A model generated the notes under the pieces. It worked only from the letters and a program-made list of their open reading frames with translations. It had not been told where the DNA came from and searched no databases. The position numbers were made by a program, and so were the translations under genes. This document shows, in pieces, positions 41,682-52,179 of a stretch of DNA of 64,000 nt. This stretch comes from Trypanosoma brucei (Eukaryota): contig CP000067.1 of the NCBI GenBank assembly GCA_000002445.1, positions 160,001 through 224,000 on the forward strand, given 5' to 3'. The stretch's first letter is position 1. Every line of letters begins with the position of its first letter.

Positions 41682-43011
41682 TGTTCGCAATCGTTACAGC
41701 AGTAAAGAAAACAATGAACCACAAAGTCCGTTCAGCTTTCCAGAGACAAAGCGTCCCGTTAATGGGGAAAAAATGGAGCAAAAAAATTTAACTGCAGCAA
41801 TATTACACCGAATTCCTCTTCAGATACCCAGCGAAACCAAAGTAAAAGAGGTATAGATTTTGTGACGTACGTCTTTGATAGATAAAAAGCGAAAAAAAAA
41901 GGAGTAAAGAGAAAGTGGCCGCCTATGAGTTTTGTTCCAGTACCCCTATGTTATATCTAATACGATTTCTCTCCTGATTTTATCTTCTGCTGATCTTCTT
42001 GTCGCCTTTCTTCTTTTTTTTTTTTTGCGTCGGTCCTTCTTTACACCTTAATTCCACGAACAGATAGCTGAGTTCAACGTGGTTCCTTGGGATGAAAAGA
42101 AAAAGCTCCCCTTTTTGTTGTTTTTTTTGGGGGGGGTTTCTAATGCTATCTCAACTTTTGTCCTTGTTGTTTTGAGATATGAAGTGCTCCAGTAATTATC
42201 GTCTGCTCACGCTCCAAGCACTGTAATCCAACTCAATATGTACACTTCAATGCATTCAAGTAACGAAACAGATGTAAAGAACGAAACAAAAATAATGGTT
42301 TGAAGAAAAAGAAATAGAAAGAGAAGGGGGAAAAAAAAGAGAAATTAATTGGAGAATAAGCAGAGTTTCGTGGTGTCGCAACAACGATACCGCGCAGGCC
42401 AGAGAGTGTGTGCACAACGAAAAGCCCTTTACAAACATCGGCACATGACTGAGTGTCGGACAAAACAGACTCATTCCCCTCCTTATTTTCATATATATTC
42501 TGTTCCTTTAACTTTAGCTACCCCTCCACTCCTTTATCGGAACCTCTGCTATAACCTCACGATACATCACCCTAAGTACGTTCACAAACCGTTTGAAGTT
42601 TCCGAAGTAAGGCGTGTGTATCGTGGAGCAAACTTTCGAATAAGGCAAAAGGACGAGGAAATAATGAATGAGTGAATGATGAAAAACGGAAAGGGTAACG
42701 CCCTCGGATTCTACTGCCGCTGTGACCTCCACTTTCTACCTATAGCTAAAGTGTCAGCATCCGCTCCCCGTCTCTATGCGCGATGATTCCATGCGATTCG
42801 TATCCCTTCCACCCACAACTCCTCCTCCTCCTTCTCCCTCTCACTTCCCGACATCATCATCAACAACAACAAAACGAGATCTCATGGTGTCATCACCCGC
42901 TACTACCTAATCAAATAGCTCCGCATCGCATCACTGTTTGTCATAAACCTACGCTACAAATTGTCCCCAAGCTCAGACACACCACACATTGGAGTGAGCT
43001 CACTCATAACC

Positions 43012-43329
43012 TTAAATGCTTTTTGGGAACACCAACTCATAGAATTGATAGATGAACGCACACTCCACACCCCATAAGAAGAGGTTCCAGCTACTCATGC
43101 CTTTAATAATTTCTGGAGAATTCTTATACGGATCATCAGGATCGAAGTCTTTGAACTCCTCAGGCCATTCTGCCTGGTTGACGACCACCTTTGCCCGTTC
43201 CTCGTCACTCAACTGAGGGCGGCGTTTAGGGTCGCGGAAAACGAGCATGTTATAACCGCGTGAGGTACACAAAGCGGTAGCTCCTCCCATCGGGGCCATC
43301 ATCACTCTTGGGACCAGTCGCCGCAGCAT
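43012..43329 (-). CDS. Small (105 aa) mitochondrially targeted single-pass membrane protein, possibly a respiratory-complex accessory subunit.
   Basis: Track ORF 43012..43554 has a low-complexity N-terminus read from a TTG. The internal ATG at 43329 gives MLRRLVPRVMMAPMGG... (presequence-like) and a C-terminal TM, SSWNLFLWGVECAFIYQFYELVF. A sense-strand T-rich tract lies at 43440-43500, upstream of this ATG. Confidence 0.5.
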   Translation of the reverse strand: MLRRLVPRVMMAPMGGATALCTSRGYNMLVFRDPKRRPQLSDEERAKVVVNQAEWPEEFKDFDPDDPYKNSPEIIKGMSSWNLFLWGVECAFIYQFYELVFPKSI

Positions 43330-43660
43330 CTCAACGGTTGGATTATCGCGCTCCCTCTGGTGCAAAGAAGAACAGAGGCAAAATAAAAGATTGACAAAGG
43401 CACGAAAACGACGAGTCAAAGGAAAACATGCAAAAGAAGGACAGGGCGATAGCAAGGGAAAGTGAAAAATAATAACAATAAAAATAATAATAATAATTAA
43501 CGCAGCGGGACACAAACACATAGCACCAAAATGAACAACAAAGAGGGGAAACAACAGTAACCACTTTTAGAAGAGTAAGATTGTGTGGTACGGCCCAAGT
43601 GGCTCTTTGTATCCGAGGCACATCCTCCCACCTCCGTAGCTGCTTTTCCTCTCCATCAGT

Positions 43661-45139
43661 TCAGCGGGGATCGAAGGTGGCTACCTGTGGTATGCATAGG
43701 TTGTACCAACTATTCGCCTCAAAGAAGTTTCTGGCCTCCTTCCACCCCACGTAACCCTTGCTCACAACAGTTTTCGTTGATGTTTCATTGCTAGCATAGT
43801 GAGGATCCGCAATCAGATATCGCGCCTCCGTCGTAGCAAGGTTCATATCAACGCCAAGAATGGTGTGCGCGTAGCTGCTGCCGCCGATCATGACGGGGCA
43901 TGATCTTTTCCCCCTAAAGTGCTCCGCAAGAAGCGCCTGTATTTCCGGGTTCGTTTCCAGTTCAGCACCGCTTTCCATGCGCCTTATGGTGCAGTCTAAA
44001 CCCGGAATGTAGTGCTGCAACACAATCATTATCTCGAAGGAGCCAATCCAATCTTTCGACCCCACAAACCCTTTACGATTCATCTTATCGGTGTCTTTCA
44101 CGGAAAGGATTTCTTGAATAGTGTGAATACTTGGGATGGCACCTTGCATAAGTCCCTCGTATTGGAACCACGACAAAATCGTCTGAAGGCTCCGGTACGC
44201 GCAACCCCAACCAGAGTCCTTGAAGCCATCAATAAGATAATGATAATAATCGTAAGACCCGCTGGTTATGTAAACCTCTCCACCAGATACGGGAATGTAT
44301 TCCTTGAGAGACTTATGAATGTTGCGCACCAGATGTTTCTCCCACGCCTGGCCAGTCCGAGGCATGTCACACCCTGCAGACACCTGGAGCCCCTTCACGG
44401 CGTCCCAGTTTTTCAGTCGCTTCTCCACTCGGAATAGGGAGAGTATAGGTAACAAAAGCGCATCGTGCTCCAAGACACGCCGGTTGGCCATGCCGTAGTG
44501 AATGTTTACCGGATGCACCAGCTGTGGCGGCCAAAATACCGCCGTCGGCGCCGTCACATTTTGGAAGAGATGAGCACGGAGAAGATCACCAATGTAACGT
44601 GCCACATCAGTGGCCGATTCGCCAAACACAACACGTTCATTCACATCCTCATCCTCCTTCTTCAAACGCAGACGCCCGACATCTCCATTTGCTGGTCCGT
44701 TTGTGACACTTGGCTCACTCGCTAGTAAAATGTCGCATGGTCCGCTAAGTTGAAACCCCGACAGCCACGAAACCGCGTCATGCACACCCTCCTCATCTCC
44801 CTTGAACATGTGACTGGTTAGCCCCTCGTTACTTACCCCTCCTCGGCTAAAAAGTAGCCAATATCTTTCCTCCTTCAAAATACCGAGTGCCATGCGAAGC
44901 TTTGCCACGACGGGCCACTCGACCGCCGCAACATTCAGCACACCGCTTTCGCGTGCTTCCTGTAATTCTTCGGTTCGACTTACATGTAGGGTTTCGCATG
45001 TGGGGAGATAAAATGGAAGAAAGGTGCCTTGAAGGGAGTTGTCGCGTACAACCGCAATAGTTTTGCCATTTTTCCGTACAACAAGAATAGGCAGCACCCC
45101 TTCATCCAATGTGGCGAATTCATTAGCCACCGTCGCCAT
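43661..45139 (-). CDS. UFSP2: Ufm1-specific protease 2 (UfSP2, peptidase family C78).
   Basis: ATG at 45139. Catalytic-Cys motif: YDYYHYLIDGFKDSGWGCAYRSLQTILSWFQ (compare UfSP2 D..GWGCAYRSLQTI.SWF). The ~490-aa length is consistent with the long UfSP2 form. Confidence 0.82.
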   Translation of the reverse strand: MATVANEFATLDEGVLPILVVRKNGKTIAVVRDNSLQGTFLPFYLPTCETLHVSRTEELQEARESGVLNVAAVEWPVVAKLRMALGILKEERYWLLFSRGGVSNEGLTSHMFKGDEEGVHDAVSWLSGFQLSGPCDILLASEPSVTNGPANGDVGRLRLKKEDEDVNERVVFGESATDVARYIGDLLRAHLFQNVTAPTAVFWPPQLVHPVNIHYGMANRRVLEHDALLLPILSLFRVEKRLKNWDAVKGLQVSAGCDMPRTGQAWEKHLVRNIHKSLKEYIPVSGGEVYITSGSYDYYHYLIDGFKDSGWGCAYRSLQTILSWFQYEGLMQGAIPSIHTIQEILSVKDTDKMNRKGFVGSKDWIGSFEIMIVLQHYIPGLDCTIRRMESGAELETNPEIQALLAEHFRGKRSCPVMIGGSSYAHTILGVDMNLATTEARYLIADPHYASNETSTKTVVSKGYVGWKEARNFFEANSWYNLCIPQVATFDPR

Positions 45140-45462
45140 AGGTTGAGCGCTGCGTAGCCTAACGAAAGATTTGCATCAAACAGAGTGGCGTCAAAGCGTA
45201 TGCATAGAATACACACTCAAACACAGCGGAAAAAAAAAACGATGTGCCAGGCAAAGAAAAGAGCAGTTTTGCACGCTCGAATGCTCGGTAGGGATGTTGC
45301 AATGCCAGCAAACGCACGTTTGGATCAAGCATGGTGGACGCACACTCGTACAGAAGGAGTTAAGGTAAACCAATAACAACTGAAATTAAAAAATGGGGAG
45401 TAAAAGAGAGAACACCTGTGGGTGGTAGAAGCTGATATGCGATGATTATGCTCAAGAATACT

Positions 45463-46758
45463 TCAAAAAATAACTTCGAGCGTTATGCCTTTCCTTGGAA
45501 TGTGTCCGGGATTGGGGGGTGGCACCACAGTTAGGGGCACCACAAGCTCCGGTTGTTCCTCCTCCACCGGCAACTGACTTCTGAACCCGGAGGAAAACTC
45601 CTTAAGCCTAGAGGCAGAGCACCATAAGAATCGAAGTCGCAGTTGCCAACAGGTCGTAACGGCATCAGTTTGCATCGAAGCGTAATAATTTATATTGCTA
45701 AACGGTATACTAATGGGTACCGATGAACGCCCTATGAGATTCCATTCAAACTCTTCTACCACTGATGTTTGCGTGACAACCAACCGCGACTCCTCACCCG
45801 GAAGCTCGTGACATGTTACGCCGCGCTGTAGATGCTCGGGGAATGTGCACTCCAGCATTTCGAGAACACCTTGCACCATTACCACACGGGATGTGCAACC
45901 GTCACGGGGAAGAAACGCAGCCCGCAGCGAAGACCCAATCATCACAGTTGTGGACGAAACGACCACCGTCAGGACCACATCACCCGCGAAACTTAGCGGA
46001 AATTCAAGAGGTGTCCGCTGCTTGGCTAAATGACTCGCTATAAAGTTTGGCCTCCTGCAGGACAGTCCACTCCCAACAACATCATTCAACTCGTGCTCGT
46101 CCACTCCGAAAGGTTGAGGTGGATCGGGAACACATATCCGCACACGGAAGTTGAAGTTATCCATGGGAAAACACAGAGGCAGAAGTAGTGGAGAGAGGAC
46201 CGACTGAGGTGAAAACACACTAATTGGAATGCGTACATTGGACGAGGATGTTGGCTCCCCCTCGCCATGATACGAAACTTTAAGGAGTAGAGTGTGACAG
46301 AAGCGCAAACATCGCCCCTTGTATGACGGTGGTAAACTATCAGGTACAGCGAACGTCACGGAGACCGCCTTCGTTTCTCCCAATCGAAGCGGAATGTCCT
46401 GAGCGAGAGCGAAGTCGTCTGAGCAGCACAACTTGTAGACGCGGCAGTCACTCGATGTGGACTCATCCACCAACTCCGGGCAGTGTTGGGCCACATTTCC
46501 CTTGTCCCATGCCAGAGCATACTGAAGGAGGCGGGAATCCACCACACAAGTGCAAACAACACGTCCCGTTATTGAAGCTGTGATGGAAATTGATGAGTTG
46601 TCAATGACAGGTGCGCCAAAGCTATTACCGACGTCTCTGAAGCGGCTTTTCAATGCACTGTTTGGCTCATTAGCGAGGCACTGGAACTCTACTTCCGCCT
46701 TTATATTATCACCAGGTGCATACCATTTGCGATGCAGCGTTGCCCTGAGCAACAACAT
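45463..46758 (-). CDS. Hypothetical protein; a weak arrestin/Rgp1-like beta-sandwich impression only.
   Basis: Track start is GTG; the first ATG is at 46758 (MLLLRATLHRKWYAPGDNIKAEVEF...). No firm motif. Confidence 0.5.
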   Translation of the reverse strand: MLLLRATLHRKWYAPGDNIKAEVEFQCLANEPNSALKSRFRDVGNSFGAPVIDNSSISITASITGRVVCTCVVDSRLLQYALAWDKGNVAQHCPELVDESTSSDCRVYKLCCSDDFALAQDIPLRLGETKAVSVTFAVPDSLPPSYKGRCLRFCHTLLLKVSYHGEGEPTSSSNVRIPISVFSPQSVLSPLLLPLCFPMDNFNFRVRICVPDPPQPFGVDEHELNDVVGSGLSCRRPNFIASHLAKQRTPLEFPLSFAGDVVLTVVVSSTTVMIGSSLRAAFLPRDGCTSRVVMVQGVLEMLECTFPEHLQRGVTCHELPGEESRLVVTQTSVVEEFEWNLIGRSSVPISIPFSNINYYASMQTDAVTTCWQLRLRFLWCSASRLKEFSSGFRSQLPVEEEQPELVVPLTVVPPPNPGHIPRKGITLEVIF

Positions 46759-47427
46759 CCGTTCCGATTCCGTGTTGTTGTTTTCCCACACTTTTGCTTG
46801 CCTCACCCTCCACTTACCCCACTCCTCTAGATCTCTCTTAAGGAGTTGAAACTTTACTTTCTTACAAACTTCAGCTTCCCTCTCTCTCTCTCTTCACGGC
46901 ACGGCCGGACAAGCGCCGGGGCGCGCGACAGAAGCGCTAATATTATAACAGCGACAACCTGCAGCCGAATACACAAGCCGCGGCAACAAACGAGCGACAT
47001 AACAAGAAGAAGAAAAAGAAAAAGAAAGATAACAAAATAACAGAAACGATGCCTAGAAAAAGGACACCAAGAGCAATTTGTCCGAACTCTTGCTCAGCCC
47101 TATGTGAGCACACAAATATATAAATATGCGTATATGCTTAAGAACGTATAGTTTATTCCGCTGCAGTAAACATTAGGTACTTAAACTCGTCAAATGCCAT
47201 GAGACACAAAACATTGCATTATTGGTTCAATATCTTCACTCATTGCAGTTGTTGTTTTTTTTTTGCTTCGCACTGCGTTCCCCTTTTCCTTTCTTTTTAT
47301 CTAAGAAAAAAAAAAAAGTTCTTCGCATTGCCTCTCAATACCACCCGCGCCTTGTTGTCATTCATCCCCCTGCCAGTCCACACGCACGCGTCCAAACAAA
47401 CAGAATAAAAAGGTCGCTCCCATGTAA

Positions 47428-47865
47428 TCACGCCGTGTTGAGATCCTCAATTGCCAGAATCATTTTGTCGTAATTTGGCCTCAACTCAGCTGTTGGTTTC
47501 AGCAATACCACAGAAGTGGCCCGCTTGCACTGCGTTGCCGTTCCCAAGTCCTGTCGTGATGGCACCCACACATACGGCACATCCGACTCCTCTGCAAGAA
47601 GCGGAAGATGCGAAATCACGTCATAAGGGGAAGCATCTGCACCGAGAACAAGAATTCCCTTCTGTCCTTTGCGTAATGCCTTCGTCACGTCTTTGATACC
47701 CTTTATAACATCTTTTTTGTTATTCACAACAGTTTTCTTAATGAGCACGTATAACTTTTTCGTCATCTTCGCCTTCTCAGATGTGATGGGCCACGAGATG
47801 GGGCACCGATATAACTCTCTGTCGTAGTCGTATGCCACCACCTCCTGTTGCTCATTCTCCGCCAT
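47428..47865 (-). CDS. NHP2: H/ACA snoRNP protein NHP2 (L7Ae/L30e family).
   Basis: ATG at 47865. TKKLYVLIKKTVVNNKKDVIKGIKDVTKALRKGQKGILVLGADASPYDVISHLPLLAEESDVPYVWVPSRQDLGTA aligns with NHP2 RKLYKCIKKAVKQKQIRRGVKEVQKFVNKGEKGIMVLAGDTLPIEVYCHLPVMCEDRNLPYVYIPSKTDLGAA. The N-terminal extension is typical of NHP2 rather than SNU13. Confidence 0.85.
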   Translation of the reverse strand: MAENEQQEVVAYDYDRELYRCPISWPITSEKAKMTKKLYVLIKKTVVNNKKDVIKGIKDVTKALRKGQKGILVLGADASPYDVISHLPLLAEESDVPYVWVPSRQDLGTATQCKRATSVVLLKPTAELRPNYDKMILAIEDLNTA

Positions 47866-48683
47866 AATGTTTCCCTAAACTAAACCGTCACAGCGCTAAA
47901 TGTTAGTTTTTTTTTTTGACAGTGAAGTCACCCCTTCCTGTAAAAATAACCCTTTTTTTTTTAATGGCTCCTCTTTCCCTTCTTACTCTATTAATTTGTA
48001 TTTTTACCCCAGTCTTAAACGGAAGTTGCCAAACACAGGTGCTTTCGTGAAAGTTGAGAAAAAATATGAAAACAAGAATGATTTTAAAAATAAGGGGAGA
48101 ACATAAAGAAACAGAGAGAGTTAGAGGCAGAATCAAAGAAAAGGAAGCAAATATGCTCCCTGAACGATCATCTTCTTTTTTTTTTTTGCATGCACACTAC
48201 CGAATGAAGAGGTTTTACGAAACCAGAAGCAGTGTCGCGGAAGGGAACCGAACCTCAGGCAAATCGGGAGCACGGTTTGAAAAAGAATTAAATCCCGTTT
48301 GTTCATTATTTTTTTTTTGAAAACGATGGAGAAAACACTCTTGGTAAAACAAGAAAAGACGTGGTTTGCAAACACGGCTGCTCCACACAATTTCCTCCAC
48401 TCCCTTCATCCTCCTTCATTGCTTTCCATTCTGCTGCTTGGTAACCTCGATCCGCTCACTCGTAAGTCAAATCTCCTCTTCTTTCCCCCTTCATTTTCTT
48501 CTGCATATAGTGCAACACATATTATGAAGCAAAAATAAAAAAAGACATGCGAAGGACTAACCTTTTCCTTCCAAATCACACACGGACACATACAAACACC
48601 CATGGGAAGAAATTCGTGAAATAACAGGGAAAGGGAGGAAGAAGCAAATAAAAACAAAGGTGTAAAATGGAAACGAGATGTGG

Positions 48684-51089
48684 CTAAACCTCTTGAGACA
48701 CCTGCAGCATTTGGGAACGGGATGCCCCAGCAACTGTGTAGAGAACCTTCACGCGAAGCATAACAAGGCGAGGATTTTTATCACTTCTTGAGTTGTCCAC
48801 AGTCAAAGACTGCACAATCCGTCCGAATGGCGGAACAGCCGTCATGGGAAGGGGAGCGACCTCGAGAGACGATGTCTTGGGGACTGCCACCTGAATGGAA
48901 AGGTTTTCCATTGGGGAGGCAAGGCGGGAAAGGATACTGAGGCTGATGGCTATGGTACCCTGAACCACAGCACCCATGCTCACGGAGAAGTCTTCGCACT
49001 CAAAAACTGATTTCTCTGCCGTTGGAAAAGCAGTGGCTGCGGGAAAACCAGTGGCTGCGGGAAAAGCAGGCGCGCTTCCCATCATCAACCCGTCTAGCGC
49101 GCTCAAACCACTCACCGCTTGAGGGGCTGGCGCGGGTTTGCTGCCGAAGAGGTCATCGATATCGGAAGTGTTCACCACCGCACCTTTAGGAGCCCCACCA
49201 GCTGGTGCGGTACCCCCACCGAACAGATCGTCCAAACTGACGGTATCCTTTTTCTGCAAAAACTCAGGAGGGAGATTCACCACTTGCAGTGGCTGTGCCT
49301 GAATCCTTCCCTCGTCCTTAACGGTCACAGTAATGGGTGGCATCCGCTCAAAGCTAAATGCCGCTTCCTGTGGGAACGACTCCAAGATGGTGGTGTACTC
49401 ACACGCACGCTGCTGCAGCTCGCAATCGAAGCTTGTGGTGTGGTTTGCGAAAACGGCAACCGCCGTATTTTTGGTCGATGGGTATCTGGATGCTACCTTC
49501 ACCAATGCTGTCAAGCCGTATGATTTGATTAGTTTATATTCGGTGTTGTTGATTATGTCTGCAATGCGTGTTGCTATTTTCTCCTCGCTAACTCCCTTTT
49601 TCGAGACGAGTAAGTCCGCGTACTCTCCTATGCACCACACGGCCGCCACCAGAAATGCCTTACGCAGGTGATGAATAGCATCAAACGGTGATCCTTCTCC
49701 CTCCCAAAGCGCATTTGTGGCCGTTGTTTGAAGTTCCACCGTCTCATTTGTGAGTAGTCCAATAAGGCGTGTAGCGAATCCAACCGAAACGTGCTGCCGT
49801 CCAAGACGAAGTAGCCGCAGTGACAACTCCACACGCCACTCAGCATTCGGTGCCTTCGTCTCGATGAGCTGGCATAAATGACGAACCACTTCCTCCCGCA
49901 TCTCATCCGAGCAAACAGTTAGGTAAGTAAGCAAGTCGGGCACTAGGAGGCGCACGTTCGTCTCGTCAATCAGGGCGACCGTCAATTCCAAAGCGCGACG
50001 ACGGATGGATACGTCCGCATCCTTGAGGCAGTCCAGGATAATATCCTGATGTCCTCGGACGGCCTCTGCATCGCGAGCAGCATAGTCCAAGAGAGACTGC
50101 AGGGCCACGAAGCGAAGATTATTGTCGTTAGAAGCAAGGAAGCGTCCAATTGTGCTAACGCCCAGCGATCGCAAGGCTTCATCACTCTCAACGGCATAAA
50201 TGGTCTTCACACATTCGTACTGAACGGCAGAACCGGCTTTGGTGGAGCCATCAGTGTTGGTAAGCACCTGCGCAAGAACGTCGTTGATTGTCTCAGACAC
50301 GACAGGGCTACCCTTGCCCACGATCTTCATGAACTGTAGTAGTTTGACTTGCAGAAAAGGATCAGCCACACCGCCAATATCCTGCGCTGTCACGCGTGAT
50401 GACAAAACCAACTGTTTCAATAAACGGACAGCACCATTCGTTGCCAAACGATACTTCTTCAAGTGCTCCTCAACATCAGATTGCAACAGGCACGCATTGA
50501 CAAGAGTAAGTTTGCACAATAGCACCGCCTGATTGTTTTCGTGGAAGACGTTGGTGCATTCCTGCAAAAACACCTCAGCATAATCGGGAACTTTCTTTAT
50601 AATGCGAACGGCCGCGAGGCACGCCTTCTTCGCTATATACGAGTCAGGGCAGGCGAACAAGCGCAAAATGTCGTCAAACATATCGCGTGACATTGGCTCA
50701 CTTGCGATGTTTGCCACCACATTCAGTGCCATGGATTGAAGGAGCGGCTGGCCACTTCCGAGGTCTTTCTTTATATGATTCTCCGACAACGTTAGTACTT
50801 CATCGTTTTCACCTAACACCATCTGAATAGTGAGGTAACCCACCCGCTTTCCTGCGTAGTCGGATTGCGCAATAAGGCTCACCACCTCAACCTGGCCAAA
50901 TTCCGTCGGGTATCCGAGCATGGAGATATACAAAAGTTTCAACATGTTGCGCGTGCGAACGTGAGGTTTACTACCTCGAAACGACTCACGGATAATGGCG
51001 CTTTCCTTGCTGATAAGGGCACGCTCCTCAGAAGATGTTTTGCATTGCCGTACGGCGGATATCAACTCACGAAGCTTTTGGCTGTTCAT
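48684..51089 (-). CDS. AP-complex large subunit of the gamma/alpha/epsilon adaptin family; the best match is AP-1 gamma-adaptin.
   Basis: ATG at 51089. The N-terminus LRELISAVRQCKTSSEERALISKESAIIRESF...RNMLKLLYISMLGYPTEFGQVEVVSLIAQ matches AP-1 gamma [32 protein letters not shown]...[25 protein letters not shown]. The trunk is HEAT/ARM-like and there is a C-terminal appendage. Confidence 0.82.
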   Translation of the reverse strand: MNSQKLRELISAVRQCKTSSEERALISKESAIIRESFRGSKPHVRTRNMLKLLYISMLGYPTEFGQVEVVSLIAQSDYAGKRVGYLTIQMVLGENDEVLTLSENHIKKDLGSGQPLLQSMALNVVANIASEPMSRDMFDDILRLFACPDSYIAKKACLAAVRIIKKVPDYAEVFLQECTNVFHENNQAVLLCKLTLVNACLLQSDVEEHLKKYRLATNGAVRLLKQLVLSSRVTAQDIGGVADPFLQVKLLQFMKIVGKGSPVVSETINDVLAQVLTNTDGSTKAGSAVQYECVKTIYAVESDEALRSLGVSTIGRFLASNDNNLRFVALQSLLDYAARDAEAVRGHQDIILDCLKDADVSIRRRALELTVALIDETNVRLLVPDLLTYLTVCSDEMREEVVRHLCQLIETKAPNAEWRVELSLRLLRLGRQHVSVGFATRLIGLLTNETVELQTTATNALWEGEGSPFDAIHHLRKAFLVAAVWCIGEYADLLVSKKGVSEEKIATRIADIINNTEYKLIKSYGLTALVKVASRYPSTKNTAVAVFANHTTSFDCELQQRACEYTTILESFPQEAAFSFERMPPITVTVKDEGRIQAQPLQVVNLPPEFLQKKDTVSLDDLFGGGTAPAGGAPKGAVVNTSDIDDLFGSKPAPAPQAVSGLSALDGLMMGSAPAFPAATGFPAATAFPTAEKSVFECEDFSVSMGAVVQGTIAISLSILSRLASPMENLSIQVAVPKTSSLEVAPLPMTAVPPFGRIVQSLTVDNSRSDKNPRLVMLRVKVLYTVAGASRSQMLQVSQEV

Positions 51090-52179
51090 TGATGATCCGT
51101 TTTTTTTTTCTTTTTTCTTCTTCTTCCTTTCTTCGCCTTTATTGTTAGGGGATGACCGTCACTCCGTATCTTCAGGTTTTTACTTTTCTTTCTGTTTTTC
51201 TTGACTGCCTTGTCCCTATTGATGTTGCTGTCGTTTCCTTCCCTTCTTGGTTTAACCCCTTCTCTTCTATTTCGTTCCTATAGGCACAACTTATAAAAAC
51301 GGAAAAGGGTTTTGTTTATTTTTCATGTTGCAAACACCGAAAGAATAGGAAGAGATGAAAATAAAGGTAAAATCAATATATACTATTCAATGCATGACTG
51401 CAATGTTGGCTGCCGCGCGAACAGGCGTTAAGCTTTACGTCAACCAAAAGGGTTTCAGGAACAACAACAATGATATCAGCACCAGAAAAGCCAGGCAATG
51501 TTTGTTGTTATCCTTCACGTACCTCTGCTCCTCACATCGAAGTAAACGAACTTTAAAAAAAAGAAAAAGTGAAAGGAAACAAAAACGTATGCGAAATTTA
51601 TGGCACAAAAATAAAGTTAGAATTATCTCAAAAAATGCCTTGTAGTGGGCAGAGAACACAGTAATTATCAGAAGAGAATGACAATACGGGCGCGAAAAAA
51701 AAAAGGAAGCATTGAATGCCGCACAGAAAATATAACTCCCTTACGTGACCGGGCACACTCCCGCGCTACCAATTGTCACCCTGCTTGACAAACACATTAG
51801 TCAATAAATATGAGCGCCTCGCTTCGGATTATTTCCATAAAACAGGTTTTTTCGCTCTCACCACCATGATTCCGCACACATACACATATATATATTCTCA
51901 ATTCTCCTTTCCTTTTCACTAAACTTCCTGATTAGCACCTCCTGTCCCATTACTTCTGTTCCCCTTCCCCCTCCCTCCGCCTTCTTTTTTTCCTTTCCGC
52001 ATTTCACAAAACTTTCCTCCACATCGGTATTAACCAACTACACGTTTTCTCTTTTTCCTTCAACATCATATATGTCACACACGAACTCTACACGCCACAA
52101 TACATCGCGTAAATCACACCTTACATGCAGTCAGACGAAGCGCATGCAAAGTGCACGGGATGAGGGCACCCAACACACT

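Noticed and set aside
42113-42136. A T-run then a G8 homopolymer (ttttttttggggggggtttc), considered as a possible G-quadruplex or regulatory element.
   Set aside because: A single G-tract cannot form an intramolecular G4, and there are no additional G-runs nearby. It is recorded only as a homopolymer.
9130-51089. Apparent clustering of membrane-trafficking genes (EMC1, sorting nexin, GRIP golgin, Rab GGTase beta, AP gamma) as a possible functional 'system'.
   Set aside because: Kinetoplastid polycistrons are not operons, and these functions are common housekeeping categories. The clustering is most likely coincidental rather than a co-regulated module.
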